From Candidatus Limnocylindrales bacterium (GTDB lineage Bacteria; Patescibacteriota; Microgenomatia; Levybacterales; UBA12049): a stretch of 64,000 nucleotides of DNA. The stretch lies in NCBI GenBank assembly GCA_035526025.1, contig DATLDE010000018.1, positions 11,292-75,291 on the forward strand, given 5' to 3'. This document shows, one piece after another, positions 59,285 to 64,000 of the stretch. Within the stretch, counting starts at the first letter, position 1. The number at the start of each line of letters is the position of its first letter. The notes beneath the pieces are model-generated. The model did no database searches. It saw only the letters and a list, made by a program, of their open reading frames with translations, and had not been told where the DNA came from. A program made the translations under genes and the position numbers.

Positions 59285-61108
59285 ATGATTGACGAAAAAA
59301 TCTCTACCAATCTCTCCAAAGCGCTTCAAGATAAAAAAATAAATAAAAAAGCACATGATGAAATCATAAAGTGGCTAATTGTCGATGAATTCAAGGAATT
59401 CGTTCCCCAACTTACTTCTGAAATAAACAATGCCAACTGGGACAAATTAATGGATTGTTTTTATAGAGTTGTGATATTCGGAACAGGTGGAATCAGAGGA
59501 ATAATGGATCTTGGAACCAACAGAATAAATAATTACACTATCCGATGGGCTTCTCAAGCATACTCACAATATTTGTTAAAAACATATACAGACGTAAAAG
59601 AGAAAGGAGTTGCCTTAGCATATGATAGTCGAAATCATTCTGAGGAATTTATGAAAGAAACAGCTCGAGTACTTGCAGCAAATGGGATTCCAGTACATAC
59701 TTTCAGCTATTATAGAGCAACACCTGAATTATCTTTCACAGTTCGTGAGCTTGGGTGCAAAGGAGGGATTGTTATAACAGCGAGTCATAATCCTCCACAA
59801 TTTAATGGCTATAAGGTATATGACGAGAACGGTGTTCAGGTTCTGCCAGACATGGGTATAGAGATAGAAAATGAATTTAAAACAATTAAAGAAATTAAAA
59901 AAATGAATTTTGATGATGCAGTCAAAAATGGATTTATTAAATATATCGGAGAAGAGATTGATAAAAAATTTGCAGAATCTGCAAAAGCTGCATCAATATA
60001 TAACGAGCGAAATATAAAAATTGTTTATTCCCCAATGCATGGTGTGGGCTCACAATCAGTTCTTCCCGTTTTGAAAGAGCTGGGATTTAAAGATATCGTG
60101 CTTGTTGAAGACCAGATGAGCATGGACGGTAATTTTCCAAATGTTGAGGGACAATTCCCAAATCCCGAATTCCCAATTGTATACATAAAAGCTATTGAAT
60201 TAGCAAAAAAAGTAAGCGCAGACATTGTTTTGCTATCTGATCCGGATGCAGATAGATTGGGAATGGCTATACCTGATAAAGTTGGTAATTGGACTCCACT
60301 AAATGGCAATCAGGGTGCTGTAATAATGACATATTTCATACTTGATACTCTATCAAAAAATAAATTACTGCCAAAAAACCCTGTTATGGTAAAAACATCA
60401 GTCACAACTGATCTATTTAGAGATATAGCAGAAAGTTTTGGAGTAGAGGTAATTGGTGATCTATTAGTTGGATTTAAATTTATAGGCGACAGGATTCAAA
60501 ACTTGCCTGCTGACAAAAACTTCATTTTTGCAGCAGAAGAAAGTGTCGGCTATCTTTCAGGCACGGCATATCGGGATAAAGGAGCTGAAACCCCGGCTGT
60601 GATAGCGGCTGAAATGGCTGCATATTGTAAAAACAACAATTTAGCCCCGATGGATCTTCTTGAAAATATCTATAAAAAATACGGTTATTATGCAGAAAGA
60701 CTCTACTATAAAGCTATTGAGGGATTTGGAGCATTTGAACAGATGAATATGTCCATGGAAAAATTACGAGAAAAACTCCCAACTGAAATAGCTGGGCGAA
60801 AAGTAATAAAAGTACTGGATAGGCTAACTGGTGAAATAAGAAACGGACAAACTGGTAAACTTATAGAAACCCGTGAGTGGGACAAGGGCGATATGCTTTC
60901 ATTCTTCTTTACTGAGGACGAGCGAACCGTTGTCCACGCAAGACCATCAGGCACAGAAGCAAAAATGAAATACTATACAGCGGTTAAGGGAATGCTAACT
61001 GAAAAATCAAAAGATGAATTAAATTTAGAAGCTGAAAAGATTGAAGTCGCCATGGCTCAAATATTTGAAAATATTTTAAAATCTATAAAAATTGATGTCT
61101 TCAAATAA
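59285..61108 (+). CDS. Phosphoglucomutase/phosphomannomutase
   Basis: FGTGGIRG, ITASHNP, DPDADR, EES.G, RPSGTE.K.K.Y. Confidence 0.93.
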   Translation: MIDEKISTNLSKALQDKKINKKAHDEIIKWLIVDEFKEFVPQLTSEINNANWDKLMDCFYRVVIFGTGGIRGIMDLGTNRINNYTIRWASQAYSQYLLKTYTDVKEKGVALAYDSRNHSEEFMKETARVLAANGIPVHTFSYYRATPELSFTVRELGCKGGIVITASHNPPQFNGYKVYDENGVQVLPDMGIEIENEFKTIKEIKKMNFDDAVKNGFIKYIGEEIDKKFAESAKAASIYNERNIKIVYSPMHGVGSQSVLPVLKELGFKDIVLVEDQMSMDGNFPNVEGQFPNPEFPIVYIKAIELAKKVSADIVLLSDPDADRLGMAIPDKVGNWTPLNGNQGAVIMTYFILDTLSKNKLLPKNPVMVKTSVTTDLFRDIAESFGVEVIGDLLVGFKFIGDRIQNLPADKNFIFAAEESVGYLSGTAYRDKGAETPAVIAAEMAAYCKNNNLAPMDLLENIYKKYGYYAERLYYKAIEGFGAFEQMNMSMEKLREKLPTEIAGRKVIKVLDRLTGEIRNGQTGKLIETREWDKGDMLSFFFTEDERTVVHARPSGTEAKMKYYTAVKGMLTEKSKDELNLEAEKIEVAMAQIFENILKSIKIDVFK

Positions 61109-61880
61109 AAACTCTGACTACCAATCTCGTGAACTGAAAACTGCGATTAAAGCCGCAAAAATTGGTGCGGCAAAAGCAAAAAAGTACTTTGACAACAAAA
61201 CTGATCTTAACCAGAAAACGAAATTAGATAATACTCCGGTAACAATTGCCGATCCCGCAACAGAAGAGGTTATTAAGAAATTTATTCTTTCAAAGTTTCC
61301 TAATGCAAATATCATTGGTGAGGAGACAGGTGGATCAATGACAAATGAAACATTTTGGGTGATCGACCCAATTGATGGAACCAGAAGCTTTATCCGTGGA
61401 ATTCCAACATGGGGAGTACTGATTGCTTTTTGTAAAAATAATCAGTTTCAAATTGGAGTGTGCTATTTCCCCCTTCTTGATGTGATGATTTGGGCCGAAA
61501 CCGGGCAGGGAGCATTTCTAAATGGTAAAAAAATAAATGTATCAAAAGTTAAAAATTTAAATAAAGCTTATGTATCAACAGGTAATATAAAGCATTTTGA
61601 AAAAAAACAAGTGATTTTTGATCTAGCTGATGCGAGTTACGTTTTAAGATGTCCAGAAGCTACCTATGCAACTTACTTAGTTGTATGCGGCAAAACAGAT
61701 GCACTTGTTGACGTAAAAGCATCCCTATGGGATTATGCACCATTTATAACGATTGCAAAAGAAGCTGGTGGCAAGATATCCAATACAAAAGGCGACCCAT
61801 TAAAGCTTACAGACAAAGGATATGTAGTCACAAATGGATTATTGCACGATGATGTGATAAAGATTGTAAATAAATACTAA
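61095..61880 (+). CDS. Inositol monophosphatase / HisN-like phosphatase
   Basis: GEE, WVIDPIDGT, WDYA...EAGG. Confidence 0.9.
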   Translation: MSSNKNSDYQSRELKTAIKAAKIGAAKAKKYFDNKTDLNQKTKLDNTPVTIADPATEEVIKKFILSKFPNANIIGEETGGSMTNETFWVIDPIDGTRSFIRGIPTWGVLIAFCKNNQFQIGVCYFPLLDVMIWAETGQGAFLNGKKINVSKVKNLNKAYVSTGNIKHFEKKQVIFDLADASYVLRCPEATYATYLVVCGKTDALVDVKASLWDYAPFITIAKEAGGKISNTKGDPLKLTDKGYVVTNGLLHDDVIKIVNKY

Positions 61881-61899
61881 ATAGTGGTATTATTACAGT

Positions 61900-62928
61900 A
61901 TGAATAACTCAAAAGATCCATCAGATCTACGTAAAGTTCTTCTTGAAAGCCCGGACCAATTTAAAGTTGGCTTTGATCTCGCAAAAAACATAAAAATAGA
62001 CGGAGAATTCGATAAGATAATGATTTCAGGAATGGGTGGGTCAGCACTTCCTGGTAATCTTCTAAGAATTTATCTACAAGACTTACATAGACAAAAAAAA
62101 TCCAAACCGACAGCGATATTCCAAAATAGATTTTACTCACTTCCACATGAATCATATGACAAATGCCTTAACATAATTTCCTCATTCTCCGGAACAACTG
62201 AGGAAGCCATCTCATCTTTTAAAGAGGCGCTTGAAAACAAATTACCTTGCATTGGCATATCAAGCGGTGGGGATATTGAAAAAATGTGTCATGAAAATAA
62301 TATCCCACACGTCAAACTCCCAGTTCCCTACCCAAATTTTCAACCCAGAACTGCAACAGGTTATTTCTTTGCTTCAATTCTTCAAATTCTCATAAATCAA
62401 AACCTCGCACCTGATGTAACTGAAGAAATTCTAAATATGAGCGGCAAACTAAAACAAGAATTACCCAACATTGAATCAGCTGGAAAAGAACTTGCTAAAA
62501 AAATCGTAGGTAAGACTCCTGTAATATACGCATCTGCCAAATACAAGGGAGTTGCAATGGTCTGGAAAATAAAATTCAACGAACATTCTAAGACTCCCGC
62601 CTTCTGGAACTTCTTTCCTGAATTAAATCATAATGAAATGATTGGATACACCAATCCCCAAAGCAAATTCTTTATTCTCATGCTTAGAGACCCACAGGAC
62701 AATCCCAAAAATCTCAATCGTTTTGAAGCAACTTCAGGTCTGTTGAGGGACAAAGGAATAGATGTACAGATTATTGATTTTCAAGGAGATGATGTGTTCT
62801 ACAAAATCTTTCACTCCCTCATACTAGGAGATTTCTCAGCCTATTACCTTGCCCTTGAATACGGACAGGACCCAACACCCGTTGACATGGTCGAACAACT
62901 CAAATCCATCTTGGCCGAAATGAAATAA
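61900..62928 (+). CDS. Bifunctional phosphoglucose/phosphomannose isomerase (archaeal-type)
   Basis: GMGGSA, SFSGTTEE, QPR, NEHSK, PELNHNE. Confidence 0.92.
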   Translation: MNNSKDPSDLRKVLLESPDQFKVGFDLAKNIKIDGEFDKIMISGMGGSALPGNLLRIYLQDLHRQKKSKPTAIFQNRFYSLPHESYDKCLNIISSFSGTTEEAISSFKEALENKLPCIGISSGGDIEKMCHENNIPHVKLPVPYPNFQPRTATGYFFASILQILINQNLAPDVTEEILNMSGKLKQELPNIESAGKELAKKIVGKTPVIYASAKYKGVAMVWKIKFNEHSKTPAFWNFFPELNHNEMIGYTNPQSKFFILMLRDPQDNPKNLNRFEATSGLLRDKGIDVQIIDFQGDDVFYKIFHSLILGDFSAYYLALEYGQDPTPVDMVEQLKSILAEMK

Positions 62929-63999
62929 TTATTTTTGCTGATCGTGGGGAACTATTACATTTACTGACTCGCTCGCTTTATTTCCTGCCATATCTTCAGT
63001 TGATGCTTCAACGCTATAAATTCTGCCATTTTTATCATCACCATTTCTTTTTGCCTGAAGCTTTATCGTTTGGTTAAAACTTGTCAAAACAGGCTCTACC
63101 AAATTATATTCATCAGTAACTTTAAATTTGGTGTTATATGGATTTACTTCCGCAACATCTCCTGAGATCCTTACATCAACCATTTTTCCGTTTGGTGGCC
63201 AAATGTATTGTGGGGTTGCACCAATAGAAATTGCAGGTGGTGTTTTATCAATTTTTATGATCATGCTCCTGGCCTCTTCTTTATTACCGGCAATATCTTC
63301 AGAGTAATACAATAATTTATATTCACCTTCTTCATTAAAAATAAGTGGTTCCAAATATTCAGAGTAATTTACACCATTGTCGATGGAATAATAAGAAGTT
63401 TTGTAACCTGATCCTTCATCATTACCAGTTAACGATATCTCAACATTGCTCCTGTACCAATTTTCCCGGCCTCTTAATCCTGAGGTGTAGACAATTGTAC
63501 TCGGAGATATTTTGTCTATCTTAATAGAAAGTTTTTTTGCTATCTCTACATTTCCAGCTTTGTCTACAGATCGGTATAATATTTCTGTTTTACCTTCCTT
63601 GCTGATCTTAATTTGCCCAGTGTAAGCCTGATATTCCTCACTGTCACCCAAAGCATACTCTGATCTTGAAACACCAGATCTATCGTCATGTGAAACTAAA
63701 AACACTTCTACGTCCGATACATACCATCCATTCTCTCCTTTTGTACCGGCTGTCCCAGCTGAGGTGCTTGGCGAAGTTTTATCAATACTAAATTTCTTGG
63801 TTTTTCTGTCTTCGTTATTATTTGCCTTATCAAATGATTGATAACTAATCTGATGATTTCCTTCTTCCTCAACATTTATTGGCACCAAATACTCAGACCA
63901 TTCATTATCGTCAAAAGAATTTAGCACATACTGCATGCCAAGACCTCCATCGTTGTCCATTCCGTTTAATTCTATCGCGACTGTTGATCTGTACCATTC
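62929..63999 (-). CDS. 5'-truncated surface protein with tandem Ig-like (OmpL47-type) repeats
   Basis: Three G.NGWY.S.V...D..SG...Y...S.D.AGN.E...IDK..P repeats and a WPPNGKM terminal domain; frame open to window end. Confidence 0.8.
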   Translation of the reverse strand, partial: EWYRSTVAIELNGMDNDGGLGMQYVLNSFDDNEWSEYLVPINVEEEGNHQISYQSFDKANNNEDRKTKKFSIDKTSPSTSAGTAGTKGENGWYVSDVEVFLVSHDDRSGVSRSEYALGDSEEYQAYTGQIKISKEGKTEILYRSVDKAGNVEIAKKLSIKIDKISPSTIVYTSGLRGRENWYRSNVEISLTGNDEGSGYKTSYYSIDNGVNYSEYLEPLIFNEEGEYKLLYYSEDIAGNKEEARSMIIKIDKTPPAISIGATPQYIWPPNGKMVDVRISGDVAEVNPYNTKFKVTDEYNLVEPVLTSFNQTIKLQAKRNGDDKNGRIYSVEASTEDMAGNKASESVNVIVPHDQQK

Positions 64000-64000
64000 A

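Noticed and set aside
1-64000. Alternative genetic code (TGA or TAG reassignment)
   Set aside because: Conserved genes are full length under code 11 and end in TGA, TAG and TAA; only one isolated in-frame TAG was seen

Overview
AT-rich, gene-dense bacterial chromosomal segment read with the standard code (TGA used as a stop). Gene content (GT-C/DUF2079, AI-2E, dockerin-like and Gmad2 surface proteins, archaeal-type PGI/PMI and PPAT-DPCK, short UvrC, many tRNA-adjacent ORFans) suggests a Patescibacteria/CPR genome, probably Microgenomates; this is inference, as no rRNA is present. It holds about 65 CDS and 9 tRNAs; I saw no CRISPR array, integrase or prophage. Family calls come from motif recognition only. 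Main candidates for novelty: (1) a surface-fibre locus at 739-5420 with a TasA/CalY-like subunit, a SipW peptidase fused to its own SipW-cleavable passenger (TasA-type N-terminal strand plus Asn-rich module), a free-standing paralogue of that module, an RTX-repeat protein and a sortase with an LAxTG substrate, under a structured leader containing a terminator; (2) six minus-strand promoters sharing 11-bp-period YTTAC direct repeats at a fixed distance from the -10 box (putative activator regulon); (3) a GC-rich multi-stem RNA candidate at 50227-50340; (4) a split between apparently leaderless genes and a few genes with very long Shine-Dalgarno sequences.
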